A stretch of DNA of 64,000 nucleotides from Candidatus Obscuribacterales bacterium (GTDB taxonomy: Bacteria; Cyanobacteriota; Vampirovibrionia; Obscuribacterales; Obscuribacteraceae), in the NCBI GenBank assembly GCA_965228855.1, contig CBDDIJ010000003.1, forward strand, positions 32,001 through 96,000, given 5' to 3'. The position numbers and the translations under genes are program-made. This document shows positions 48,025 through 57,737 of this stretch, piece after piece. The notes beneath the pieces were generated by a model that was given only the letters and a program-made list of their open reading frames with translations, did no database searches and had not been told where the DNA came from. Numbering within the stretch: position 1 is the stretch's first letter; every line of letters begins with the position of its first letter.

Positions 48025-50274
48025 CTAATTGCTCTTTATTCCGAGCCCTTTGTGTACCAGCGATTTTGCACGCGGAATGGTGCTTCCGACTTCCGTACCG
48101 AGGGAGTCGTTGTTGTCGCTGGGCGAATCTGAAGCCCTGTTCACTTTACCGGCGGCGACAGCGGAATGCTGTTTCAAGTAGAGAATAGCACCTTTAGTTA
48201 GCGCCCCTGCTATTTTTTCTTGATAATCCTCTGATACTAATTTGTCGCGCTCACCTTTGTGTGAAATGAAGCCCACTTCAGCGAGAACGGCGGGTACCTC
48301 GGCTCGGTTTACAACGTAAAACTTCGCTTTTCTAATGTTGCGATTGGGCGCATTTAGTTCACTCACTAGATTGTCGTGGATGCTCTGGGCAAGCGCTCTG
48401 CTCATGTCTGTCTGGTAGTAAGTTTCGATACCATGGATATCATTTGTGCTTTCCAGCGAGTTGATGTGTACGCTGAGAAACATGTCAGGCTTCGTCGTAT
48501 TTGTGATGGATACTCGATCCTGCAAAGTGACGAATGTGTCGTCGGAGCGGGTCATTATCACCTTGATTCCGCTTGCGGCCAGTTTAGCTCTGGTCTTTTG
48601 GGCAATAGCAAGTGTCAACTCTTTTTCTTTGACGAAACCGCGTTGCGCTCCCGGATCAGATCCGCCATGACCAGCGTCGAGAACGAGAACTGTTCCTGGA
48701 GGGGCCGTTAAACCAGCCACCGGATCGGCAGCTTCTCCGACTACGAATGAGAGTTCGTTCACGCTTCCTGCTTCGCCGGGGATGACTGCGACATTTTCGC
48801 CGGCAAGGTCGAGAACCAGGCGCCCTGTGTTTTTCGTCGGATCTGGTGCGCCGACACGAATCGCTTTCAAATGATCTAAATGGTCCGGTTGTGGAACTAC
48901 TGCGTCACTCACGCCGCGCTGATCTTGCAAGTCGATCACGAAGCGCTCCGGATTGTGCAGTCTAAAGCTCGTGTAATTCAAATCGCCTTTGTCCGGCGAA
49001 ACAATTTTGATTGTGTACCCTTTTGTTGAATTCTGCGTAAGAGCGACTATTGGAGGACGTTTTGTTTCTTCAATGGAAGGTTGGCTGTCCTGAGCGCTCT
49101 TCGACGCGTCTTCTGCCGAAGGCGTGTTTTGGTTGGTTTGTGAAACGTCCTCAATACCGGATGCTGTTCCCTTTGGTTTTGGTGCCTCGTTGAGGTCCCC
49201 TTTGATCTGATCGTTTTCGGGGGCGAGCAGCGCCTTGGTTTTGTCTTTGACTTTATTGAACCAGTTGTTGAAACCGGCGCCACCAGCTGTGGTTGCTTGA
49301 ACTTCAGCACCGCCTTGTGCGATTTCAGTTTCAGAAGACCTTTGATTGATCTGCTTTGGATTCATAGCCGCGACCACCGGCGCCGCCTTCACTAGCGGTA
49401 TGCGCTGCGGCGCCCGGGGTGGGGTTTTGTCGAATGTTTGTGAAACCCCTTTCACCTCAATCGGTTTCGAACCACCAGTGGTGGCGATGTCCAAGCTTGC
49501 CGGTTTTGCGGAAAGCTCAACTGATTGGTCTCGTATGATTTTGAGACCATGCTCTTCTTGTGAGTCGATGGTTGGCTCCGGCAATGCAGGACGTAAGCCA
49601 AGGTAGTCGGAGGACGTTCCTTCCGGCTCAGTTCGACCAGCCGGGTTTCTCGTCATATCTCTCGGTTGAGCGGTAAGTGCGCCGGGCGAACTCGCCGGCT
49701 GTTTATAGTTTGTTTGGTAAGCACGCCGGCGCCCGATACCCGGTGCCGCTGGAGGCATGTTGCTGGATGCCAGGGGGGCTGGCGAGGGGCTGGGTTTTGG
49801 CCACTTCACCACAAGACTTCCGTCGCCGGAGACGAAATTCACGTTCTTGAGTTTATCCGCGTTGCTCGAGACGATGGCAATTCTGAACACAGGTGGATTT
49901 TCTTGAAAACGTCCAATGCGGACAAGCTTGATGCCATCTTCCGCTGCACTGCCCGTGGTGGCTCCTGGAAAGTTGTGAACGTTAATTACCTTTGTAGACC
50001 CAGGGAAGACTACGTTATTGAAGTCGGCGACGAGAACTGTGTTTCCACCTTCTCCCTGTAGAAATTGAATTATCGGACGCGGCAGAGGTTTCTTGATCGC
50101 GGTTGTGATCACCGCAGAGCCGCGCGCGCGATCTTCTTTGACATCGACGATTGTATTCAGTCCGGCACTTGATTGCGCCATAACGGCGCAGGGGCTGCAA
50201 GATATTAAGGCGATTAAAAATGAGAGCTGAGCAATCCGCACGATATTCTTTTTAACAGGTAAACATTGCAACAT
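48025..50274 (-). CDS. N-acetylmuramoyl-L-alanine amidase with AMIN domains (AmiC-like)
   Basis: Signal peptide; AMIN-like segments; LDAGHGGSDPGA, EKELTL, SVHINS, LAEVGF. Confidence 0.92.
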   Translation of the reverse strand: MLQCLPVKKNIVRIAQLSFLIALISCSPCAVMAQSSAGLNTIVDVKEDRARGSAVITTAIKKPLPRPIIQFLQGEGGNTVLVADFNNVVFPGSTKVINVHNFPGATTGSAAEDGIKLVRIGRFQENPPVFRIAIVSSNADKLKNVNFVSGDGSLVVKWPKPSPSPAPLASSNMPPAAPGIGRRRAYQTNYKQPASSPGALTAQPRDMTRNPAGRTEPEGTSSDYLGLRPALPEPTIDSQEEHGLKIIRDQSVELSAKPASLDIATTGGSKPIEVKGVSQTFDKTPPRAPQRIPLVKAAPVVAAMNPKQINQRSSETEIAQGGAEVQATTAGGAGFNNWFNKVKDKTKALLAPENDQIKGDLNEAPKPKGTASGIEDVSQTNQNTPSAEDASKSAQDSQPSIEETKRPPIVALTQNSTKGYTIKIVSPDKGDLNYTSFRLHNPERFVIDLQDQRGVSDAVVPQPDHLDHLKAIRVGAPDPTKNTGRLVLDLAGENVAVIPGEAGSVNELSFVVGEAADPVAGLTAPPGTVLVLDAGHGGSDPGAQRGFVKEKELTLAIAQKTRAKLAASGIKVIMTRSDDTFVTLQDRVSITNTTKPDMFLSVHINSLESTNDIHGIETYYQTDMSRALAQSIHDNLVSELNAPNRNIRKAKFYVVNRAEVPAVLAEVGFISHKGERDKLVSEDYQEKIAGALTKGAILYLKQHSAVAAGKVNRASDSPSDNNDSLGTEVGSTIPRAKSLVHKGLGIKSN

Positions 50275-50388
50275 GAATGTACCTTAACTTTCTAGTGCGG
50301 AGCAATTCTAACACTGACGCCAAGGCGCTCCAAAGGTTTCCGAGCGCTGCTTGAAAACTTGCGCTCCTCGAATTTGCCACCGCCGGTG

Positions 50389-50409
50389 AAGCGTATATTA
50401 AATACGCTT
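50389..50409. promoter_or_regulatory. Perfect inverted repeat, candidate operator between divergent amidase and hppA
   Basis: AAGCGTAT-N5-ATACGCTT. Confidence 0.35.
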
Positions 50410-50512
50410 TGAGAAGACCACTAATAGATCCTGATAAATTACCAGAAGCTGACCGGCTTGCTGCTTTGCAAGCGGCGGACTCAGGCTGGTTACTAGAAGG
50501 GGAGTTTACGGA

Positions 50513-52615
50513 ATGGATCCTACGAGTCTAATGTACGCGTGCTTAGGGGGCGGCTGTGCTGCACTCCTTTATGGTGCCTATGCGGGCCAAAGCGTTCTTA
50601 AGTTGTCGGACGGTAACGAGAAAATGATCTCGATCGCCACCGCGATTCAAGAGGGCGCTAATGCCTACATGCGCCGTCAATACATGACGATTGCCGGTGT
50701 CGGTGTATTGCTTGCCATTATTATCGGCGTCACGCTGGGTGCAACGACAGCAGCCGGATTTGTGGTCGGCGCTGTTTTGAGTTCACTTGCCGGATTTATC
50801 GGAATGTATGTTTCGGTTAGAGCTAACGTTCGAACAGCAGAAGCTGCGCGAACCGGACTTGATAAAGCTCTTGCAGTTGCTTTCAAAGGTGGCAGCGTTA
50901 CCGGTCTTCTCGTAGTTGGTCTAGGTCTTCTCGGAGTTACCGGTTTCTACGCAGTAACCAGAGACGTCGCCGCGCTTGTCGGACTCGGTTTTGGCGCAAG
51001 CTTGATTTCTGTTTTTGCAAGACTTGGTGGTGGCATCTACACCAAAGCTGCCGACGTCGGCGCCGACCTGGTCGGTAAAGTCGAAGCCGGAATTCCTGAA
51101 GACGATCCGCGCAACCCGGCTGTAATTGCCGATAATGTCGGCGACAACGTCGGCGACTGCGCAGGCATGGCTGCTGACTTGTTCGAAACATACGCCGTGA
51201 CCGCGATTGCAACGATGCTTCTTGCGCACCAAGTGTTCGCCAAGACAGTGGAAGCACAAACCGCCGATGGTGGCATGTCGACTGTACTTTTGTTCCCCCT
51301 CGTACTGGGTGCTATCTCCATCGTCAGCTCTGTTGTCGGTGCGATGTTCGTTAAACTCGACGCCAGCAAAAACATCATGGCTGCTCTGTACCGTGGTCTC
51401 ATCGTGGCTGGTGTTCTCGCCGCCGTCGGTTTCTACTTCGCGACCAATCAAATGATGAGCGGTCTCGAACTTAACGGCGTCCCGGTTGAAACCTGGAAGT
51501 TCTACGTCGCTTCTCTCGTCGGTCTGGTTGTTACCGGACTGATCGTATTTATCACTGAATACTACACATCAACGAGCTTCCGTCCCGTCAGGCACATTGC
51601 CCAGGCTTCGGAAACCGGTCACGCAACTAACATTATCGCTGGTCTTGCGATCTCGATGGAAGCAACAGGCTGGCCGACGCTCGTTATCGTTGCCGGTATC
51701 CTCGTCTCGTATGGTCTCTGCGGAGTTTTCGGTGTGGCACTAGCGGCGATGGCTATGCTTTCAATGGCAGGCATCATCGTTGCAATCGACTCTTATGGTC
51801 CAATTACCGACAACGCTGGTGGTATCGCTGAAATGGCTGAGCTTCCGAAAGAAGTCCGCGCCGTCACCGACCCGCTCGATGCTGTTGGTAACACCACTAA
51901 AGCCGTGACCAAAGGCTACGCTATCGGTTCTGCAGGTCTGGCTGCTATCGTACTGTTCAGCTCCTACACCGAGGAGTTGAAAATGGCTCTAGCGAAAGCC
52001 GGTTCCGCCACCACAATTACATTTGATCTCTCTAGCCCATATGTTCTTGCCGGTTTGTTCCTCGGCGGTTTGATCCCGTTCTTGTTCTCCGCAATGGCTA
52101 TGGAAGCTGTCGGTAAAGCTGGCGGTCTGGTTGTCGAAGAAGTTCGTCGTCAATTCAAAGCCATCCCCGGCATCATGGAAGGAACTGCGAAGCCTGACTA
52201 CGCAAAATGCGTGGACATCGTAACGACCTCTGCGTTGAAACAGATGATCGTGCCAGCACTTCTTCCGGTTCTGACACCGGTTATCATCGCGATGCTTGGT
52301 ACGTTCTGGTTGTCGAAAGCGCTTCCGGGCGAATACGCTGCTGCGAAAATTCTCGGTGGTGTTCTCGTCGGAAGTATCGTGACCGGCATCTTCGTTGCCA
52401 TCTCGATGACCTCTGGTGGTGGCGCCTGGGACAACGCTAAGAAGTACATCGAAGACGGACATCACGGTGGCAAAGGTTCGGAAGCTCACAAAGCTGCCGT
52501 CACCGGCGACACCGTAGGCGACCCGTACAAAGATACCGCCGGTCCGGCAATCAACCCGATGATCAAAATCTTGAACATCGTGGCACTGCTACTGGTGCCG
52601 TACCTCGCTCTGTAA
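50513..52615 (+). CDS. hppA: Membrane-bound H+-translocating pyrophosphatase (K+-independent signature)
   Basis: [57 protein letters not shown]. Confidence 0.96.
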   Translation: MDPTSLMYACLGGGCAALLYGAYAGQSVLKLSDGNEKMISIATAIQEGANAYMRRQYMTIAGVGVLLAIIIGVTLGATTAAGFVVGAVLSSLAGFIGMYVSVRANVRTAEAARTGLDKALAVAFKGGSVTGLLVVGLGLLGVTGFYAVTRDVAALVGLGFGASLISVFARLGGGIYTKAADVGADLVGKVEAGIPEDDPRNPAVIADNVGDNVGDCAGMAADLFETYAVTAIATMLLAHQVFAKTVEAQTADGGMSTVLLFPLVLGAISIVSSVVGAMFVKLDASKNIMAALYRGLIVAGVLAAVGFYFATNQMMSGLELNGVPVETWKFYVASLVGLVVTGLIVFITEYYTSTSFRPVRHIAQASETGHATNIIAGLAISMEATGWPTLVIVAGILVSYGLCGVFGVALAAMAMLSMAGIIVAIDSYGPITDNAGGIAEMAELPKEVRAVTDPLDAVGNTTKAVTKGYAIGSAGLAAIVLFSSYTEELKMALAKAGSATTITFDLSSPYVLAGLFLGGLIPFLFSAMAMEAVGKAGGLVVEEVRRQFKAIPGIMEGTAKPDYAKCVDIVTTSALKQMIVPALLPVLTPVIIAMLGTFWLSKALPGEYAAAKILGGVLVGSIVTGIFVAISMTSGGGAWDNAKKYIEDGHHGGKGSEAHKAAVTGDTVGDPYKDTAGPAINPMIKILNIVALLLVPYLAL

Positions 52616-52651
52616 TTTTTGCGGAGTTAAGCACTTCTCTCTGGAGTAACT

Positions 52652-53101
52652 GTGCAGATCAGAATTGCCAATCGGCAAGATGAACCTGAGATCCGGACTT
52701 TTGTAGACACGATCTATCAAAAGTCCGGATCGTCTTTAAATATCGAAGAGCAGGATTCCGACCTGCGAAACATGGAAGCCAATTATTTCGGCAAAGAGGG
52801 ATTGTTTCTCGTAGCCGAGGACAATGACAAAATTATTGGCATTGCCGGGGCTAGAAAAAAAACGGAAAAGGTTTTGGAATTCAAACGGTTGATGGTGTCG
52901 GATGATGAAAGAGCCGACCAGATATTGAACGAGATGATCGACGTGATCGTTCAATTCGCGCCGCGCATGCTGTTTGAACAGATTGAAGTGACTGTCCAGA
53001 ATGGACCCGGTAGACTCAATCAGCTTTTATCTACTAAGGGTTTTAAATCCGGCGGGCAAAACGAGGTCGCTCTCAGTCTGGCTGTCACGCCTGACTTCTA
53101 A
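52652..53101 (+). CDS. GNAT-family acetyltransferase-like protein
   Basis: IRIA, FLVAEDNDKIIGIAG, LEFKRLMV; acetyl-CoA motif looks degenerate. Confidence 0.7.
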   Translation: MQIRIANRQDEPEIRTFVDTIYQKSGSSLNIEEQDSDLRNMEANYFGKEGLFLVAEDNDKIIGIAGARKKTEKVLEFKRLMVSDDERADQILNEMIDVIVQFAPRMLFEQIEVTVQNGPGRLNQLLSTKGFKSGGQNEVALSLAVTPDF

Positions 53102-53195
53102 TCTGGGGAAGCATAAGTTTTTTCGAGACAAGCTATTGTTTCCGTTGTACTATGTCGAAAGGGGCATACGACGAAAATACGACGAGGCTTTCATC

Positions 53196-54533
53196 TTGCT
53201 AAAGCGCGCCCAATCTTTTTTGCTTAGAAGTCTTGCGTTGTCGCTCATAATTAGCGGCTTAACCGTTCCACTCACCTCATGCGGATTCGTCGAGAAATTG
53301 CAGACCGCAAATTTATTGTGGAAATATACCGCCCCTCAAAAATCTATCTGGTCCGCCGAAGGGGCTGCTGAAACTCCGCAGGTAAAAGGCGATCGCATTT
53401 TTTACCTGGGAGGCTATCCGTGGAACAATCAGATATTTTTGAACTGTATCGATCGAGTGACCGGCAAAAAGGTCTGGTCCAGTGACGACGAGATAAAACA
53501 GTTCAAGCTTACGGACACACAGGTGTTCGCTACTGCCCGGCAAGATTTATTCAAACGTGAGCCCGGCCGTGCAACGAAAGTGTGGGTGCGGGCCTATGAC
53601 TTGCCTACCGGTAAGCTGCAGTGGAACCGCTTCGTCATGGCCGGAATCGACGGTGTGAAAGTAGTCGCTGTTGGCGAGCATGTGTTTTGTACTTCCGACA
53701 ATCAGCTGTACGCGCTTGATAAAACAAACGGAAAAGAAGTATGGGTTGCGGATTCGGGCGTGTATCCGTCTATCGCGCCCAATCTATTGATTACCGATAA
53801 GTACATCATCGCTGAGTTGCAGGACCGCACGATTGGATTTATAAATCCTAAAACCGGAAAGACTGAAGACAAGCTTGTTTTAAATCAGATACGTGCAGAT
53901 CAGGCAAGGGCGCTTATAATCGATGGCGACTTGCTGATGGTGGCAGGTTCCGATGGCACTTCGACTATAGTCAATATCAGCAGTCAAAAGTTGATCGGTC
54001 CAGTTGAAACAGAATGGATAAGTTCGAAAGTTCATATCGAAGACAGCGTTGCTTACTTCTGTAATTGCAACGGTAAGCCAGCGGCTTCGCAGCAAATCTC
54101 ACCGCAAAATGACATCTTCCACTTTTGCGCCCTCGATTTGAACACTGGAAAATATCTGTGGAAGACGAAAGTTGACGCGGGCATAAAGGCGAAAGCCTTG
54201 ATTCTATCTGACAAAGTTTTCGTCGGCACCGCCGGTGATGGCGACAATTTCTTGTACACCCTCGATCGAAAAACCGGCGAAGTAGAAAAGAAAGTTGCGC
54301 TAGAGAATACCCTTTCAGGCGCAATTCTGGCAAACGGTTTGATTTATGTGAATGCCGGTTCTTTACTGGCAATTGAACCGAGCACCGGCAAAATCGTCTG
54401 GCAGTTTAAACCGCAAAAATTCAAAATGGACAGCGAGCCTGTCTTTCAAAACAACGTAATTTACGCGGTCGGGCAAGATTCGAATCTTTATGCGTTCAAC
54501 CCAGTTTCCGAGAAGAAAGTGGCGACAAACTAA
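53196..54533 (+). CDS. PQQ-like beta-propeller repeat lipoprotein (BamB-like)
   Basis: Repeated ALD..TGK..W motifs; lipobox PLTSC; TTG 53196 with GAGG RBS preferred over 53001. Confidence 0.85.
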   Translation: MLKRAQSFLLRSLALSLIISGLTVPLTSCGFVEKLQTANLLWKYTAPQKSIWSAEGAAETPQVKGDRIFYLGGYPWNNQIFLNCIDRVTGKKVWSSDDEIKQFKLTDTQVFATARQDLFKREPGRATKVWVRAYDLPTGKLQWNRFVMAGIDGVKVVAVGEHVFCTSDNQLYALDKTNGKEVWVADSGVYPSIAPNLLITDKYIIAELQDRTIGFINPKTGKTEDKLVLNQIRADQARALIIDGDLLMVAGSDGTSTIVNISSQKLIGPVETEWISSKVHIEDSVAYFCNCNGKPAASQQISPQNDIFHFCALDLNTGKYLWKTKVDAGIKAKALILSDKVFVGTAGDGDNFLYTLDRKTGEVEKKVALENTLSGAILANGLIYVNAGSLLAIEPSTGKIVWQFKPQKFKMDSEPVFQNNVIYAVGQDSNLYAFNPVSEKKVATN

Positions 54534-54537
54534 CTGG

Positions 54538-54867
54538 CTAAAGTAGCGATGCGATCAGATCGAAGTAAGCGGCAATATCGTTCCTCGAAATTCCGTCCTG
54601 AGAACTGTCCTCCGCGGCTTCGACTATTTGCTCGTGATTATTCAACAGGAAAGTAATAAGCGACTTCTCTCTTTCGCTGATAGAGGGTGAGTTAATTGCG
54701 TTCAGCAGCTCTTCACGCTCGATGAAACCATTTCCGTTAGTGTCGAGTTGGTCGAAAATCAAGTATGCATATGTTTTGATCTCGCCGAAATGTTCTCCGA
54801 GATCTTCTCGCTTGTAGTCGTTGAACCATGAGTTCTGGAAGTTTTCGTCTGTCACGATTTGCCTCAC
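54538..54867 (-). CDS. Small EF-hand protein
   Basis: Canonical loop DTNGNGFIEREE; second degenerate loop DGISRND. Confidence 0.75.
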   Translation of the reverse strand: MRQIVTDENFQNSWFNDYKREDLGEHFGEIKTYAYLIFDQLDTNGNGFIEREELLNAINSPSISEREKSLITFLLNNHEQIVEAAEDSSQDGISRNDIAAYFDLIASLL

Positions 54868-55057
54868 AAGTTGACAGCAATATTTTGCCCATCACTGCCA
54901 TACTTTTGCAAGGACCATGTTGACTCACTTCCCGTCTTGTGTTTTGCTACACTGAGAACGGACCGCCGCAAAGGCGTTTGCCAGATTGATGCAATCGCCA
55001 GGCACCACATTATGACGTGTGTCACTTTACGTGACTGCTAGTGAGCGAGGAAAAGTC

Positions 55058-55651
55058 ATGAATTCTGCCGTGATGAAACGAACTAGCGTTTGGGCCGCCA
55101 CTCTGTTTGTCTTCGTTTTAACTCTTGCCGGATGCTCGTCACCTCCGGATCAGCAGCAGAAAAGCGAGCAGTCGTCGATTGGTGAGCGGCCGATTGGTTT
55201 TCTTCCGACAAGCTCCGTGCGTAGCAATACTCTCGTAGAAGTCCGGCAAAAGTACGGCGATAATTATCCGCATCAGCTCGACCCGAATTACAAGCCCAAA
55301 CCGCCAGGCAAGATGCAAATGATGCCTGATGGTCTGCAGTACCAGGACCTGACGGAGGGATGGGGTCTCAGCCCGTCTCGAGATCGAAACGTCATGGTTC
55401 ACTATACGGCGTACCTTGATGGAAATAAGATTGAGAGTTCGCTCGATCGCGGTATTCCGTTTCAGTTCAAAATCGGCTCCGGTAAAGTCATCAAGGGCTT
55501 CGAAGAAGGTTTGATGGGGATGAAAGTGGGCGGCTCCAGGAAGGTCATTATTCCGCCGGAATTGGGCTACGGCGTTGAGGGACACGGAAAGAAAATTCCC
55601 CCGAACGTGACACTCACCTACGAAATAAAACTGCTCAGTTGTGATCGATAG
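55058..55651 (+). CDS. FKBP-type peptidyl-prolyl isomerase, lipoprotein
   Basis: Lipobox LAGC; VHYT, SSLDRG.PF.F, VIKGFEEG, IPPELGYG, IPPN.TL. Confidence 0.93.
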   Translation: MNSAVMKRTSVWAATLFVFVLTLAGCSSPPDQQQKSEQSSIGERPIGFLPTSSVRSNTLVEVRQKYGDNYPHQLDPNYKPKPPGKMQMMPDGLQYQDLTEGWGLSPSRDRNVMVHYTAYLDGNKIESSLDRGIPFQFKIGSGKVIKGFEEGLMGMKVGGSRKVIIPPELGYGVEGHGKKIPPNVTLTYEIKLLSCDR

Positions 55652-55709
55652 CTTGCGGCTGCCCGAGCCGATTGAAACTGTTTAAACGAAAATTGCAGCA
55701 ATCTCTTCG

Positions 55710-55734
55710 ACCGCATTGAAAAATGCGGTTTTTT
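55710..55734 (+). terminator. Rho-independent terminator after the FKBP gene
   Basis: ACCGCATT-GAAA-AATGCGGT followed by T-run. Confidence 0.75.
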
Positions 55735-56004
55735 ATTGCATTTGTGGAATAAGAGTACTTGGTTCCTTGGGTCCTCCTGAATCGACGCGTCCACGCTCGT
55801 CCAGACGAGGAAGATTAAACGAGGGATATCAAGGGGGTACCAATTGTTCACAAATGGAGCGTATAAATAGTGAGTCGCCATCTAACTGGGTTTTGGCTCT
55901 CCCTCCAGCCCGCCCCTTGTTCAAGAGCTGAATCCCACTTACTACCATATTGCGACTCCACTCGGAGACTAGTCGAACGACGGTTCGACTTGAGGGCTTT
56001 TTGC

Positions 56005-57675
56005 ATGCGCATGAATCGAAAAACTGTTCTCTCCTCTCTTTTTGTGCTGTTGATCTCCATGATCTGGCTACAGTCGCCTGCTCAGGCTCAGCTTCAGAGT
56101 CAGCGCGAGTCGTTCTTGAACAAGCTGGAACACATGCAGTTCGACCACAAAGGTTATGACATCATGGACCGGAAGAGTCGGGTTCAACCGAACCCAACTC
56201 AATCGTCTACGCCACAATTCGGCGAAGGCGGTTTTGCCGGTGCCGACGGCGGTAGCGGTAAAGCTCCGACCATGAACAGTACGCCGCAGGATCAGTCGTA
56301 CGCGCCGCAGGACCCGGTCCCATACAACGTCACAGGCGGCGTTCCGAACGGACAGAACATCGGACCTGGCAGTAACGGACCCTGTTTCCCTCACTGGCAA
56401 TGCGAACCTCCGGCTCTGTCCTCGACCGCTCCGGTACCGCCAACTGACAAACATTTGACCAGTTCTCCGGTCGTCAAATCACAAGCTCGGATGCCGAACC
56501 CGGAAGCGGGTGCGGTTTTAGCTCTTATGTCAAAAGTAAATGCGAGTAATGGTATGGACCAGAGCGTTCACGCCTTGCAGCGCACTATCGCCACCGTAGC
56601 TGGTGCGGACCTTGCAAAAGGTGCTCATGCGCAAGCAAAGAATGCAGCCGCCGGTGGTGCCGGTGCCGCTCAGGGTGCATCGGAAGCGATGGCTGACGCT
56701 TTCAACCCGACCTGGTTACAGATGCTGGTTTTATCCGCGACACCACTGCCCAATGTCGCGAATGAAGCGACTGGTTCCGCCTGTAGTGCAAGCCAGCCGA
56801 TCAAGACCTACAACAATTCTATTTACTTAGTCATGCAGGCTTACAAAAACATTTACCTGCCGATGGCTGTTTTGCTGTTGCTCCCAGGGGCGGTTTTGAC
56901 ACAAACCAAAGGTCTGGTGAGCGGTGGGATTCTGAGCAATCAAAATGACGAAGATGCAGTCAGTCCCTTCACCGGTATCTTGCGCAGTATCATCGCGATT
57001 TTCTTAATTCCTGCCAGCCAGCTGATCGTCAGCTGGACGATTGATGTTGGAAATTCGATGCAGTACGAAGTTTCCAGGCACATCAACTACCTCAACATTT
57101 ATATGTGGGGTGATGAGCAGGTGTTTAGAGCTCCGATTGAGAACGCTATACATACATTGAGACCGGGAGCGAGCTTCCCTGTACTAGGTAAATTGACTGA
57201 AGGACCGGAAAAGGAATCCGGCTTGGAATCTCAAAGTCCGGCGACAATTATGTTGCAGACCCTGGTCAACTCCACTGCTGATGCTGCGGCTTTCGGACTG
57301 GTGATTCTGTGCGCATTCCAGATAGCGATGGCTTGCTACTTGCTCCTTATGGGACCAGTGGCGGCAGCGCTTTATGCGTGGCCCGGATCGACCGGTTCAT
57401 TATTTACACGAGTCTTTGCCAACTGGGTTGACGCGATGATCAACCTGGCGCTTTGGCGCTTCTGGTGGTGCATCGTTCTGCTCTGTATCGATGTGCGATT
57501 GGGATGGTTAGCAGGTTTCGACATGTACACCGTCTGGGAGATGTTAATGTTCCTCGCCTTCCTGATCATCCTGATGTACGTTCCATTCAATCCGTTCGAT
57601 TACAAGGCGGGCGAAATGGTTTCGCAAATTATGTCCAAGTCTGACCAGGCCGTTAACCAGGCCACTTCTAAATAA
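56005..57675 (+). CDS. Signal-peptide polytopic membrane protein, VirB6/TrbL-like (paralog A)
   Basis: Signal peptide ...LQSPAQA; several TM helices; shares LLLLPGAVL.Q, PF.GILRSI.A.FLIP, ILCAFQ.A, GPV.A.L..WP and NWV with the next gene. Confidence 0.7.
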   Translation: MRMNRKTVLSSLFVLLISMIWLQSPAQAQLQSQRESFLNKLEHMQFDHKGYDIMDRKSRVQPNPTQSSTPQFGEGGFAGADGGSGKAPTMNSTPQDQSYAPQDPVPYNVTGGVPNGQNIGPGSNGPCFPHWQCEPPALSSTAPVPPTDKHLTSSPVVKSQARMPNPEAGAVLALMSKVNASNGMDQSVHALQRTIATVAGADLAKGAHAQAKNAAAGGAGAAQGASEAMADAFNPTWLQMLVLSATPLPNVANEATGSACSASQPIKTYNNSIYLVMQAYKNIYLPMAVLLLLPGAVLTQTKGLVSGGILSNQNDEDAVSPFTGILRSIIAIFLIPASQLIVSWTIDVGNSMQYEVSRHINYLNIYMWGDEQVFRAPIENAIHTLRPGASFPVLGKLTEGPEKESGLESQSPATIMLQTLVNSTADAAAFGLVILCAFQIAMACYLLLMGPVAAALYAWPGSTGSLFTRVFANWVDAMINLALWRFWWCIVLLCIDVRLGWLAGFDMYTVWEMLMFLAFLIILMYVPFNPFDYKAGEMVSQIMSKSDQAVNQATSK

Positions 57676-57737
57676 CCACTACTCTGTTTGCGGGATTTGA
57701 AAATGCTTTTGATTAGAAGATGGGAGTCGGTCAAAAA

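Noticed and set aside
55058..55651. FKBP as an operon partner folding the Pro-rich giant protein
   Set aside because: A clear intrinsic terminator and ~350 bp separate it from the membrane-protein pair.
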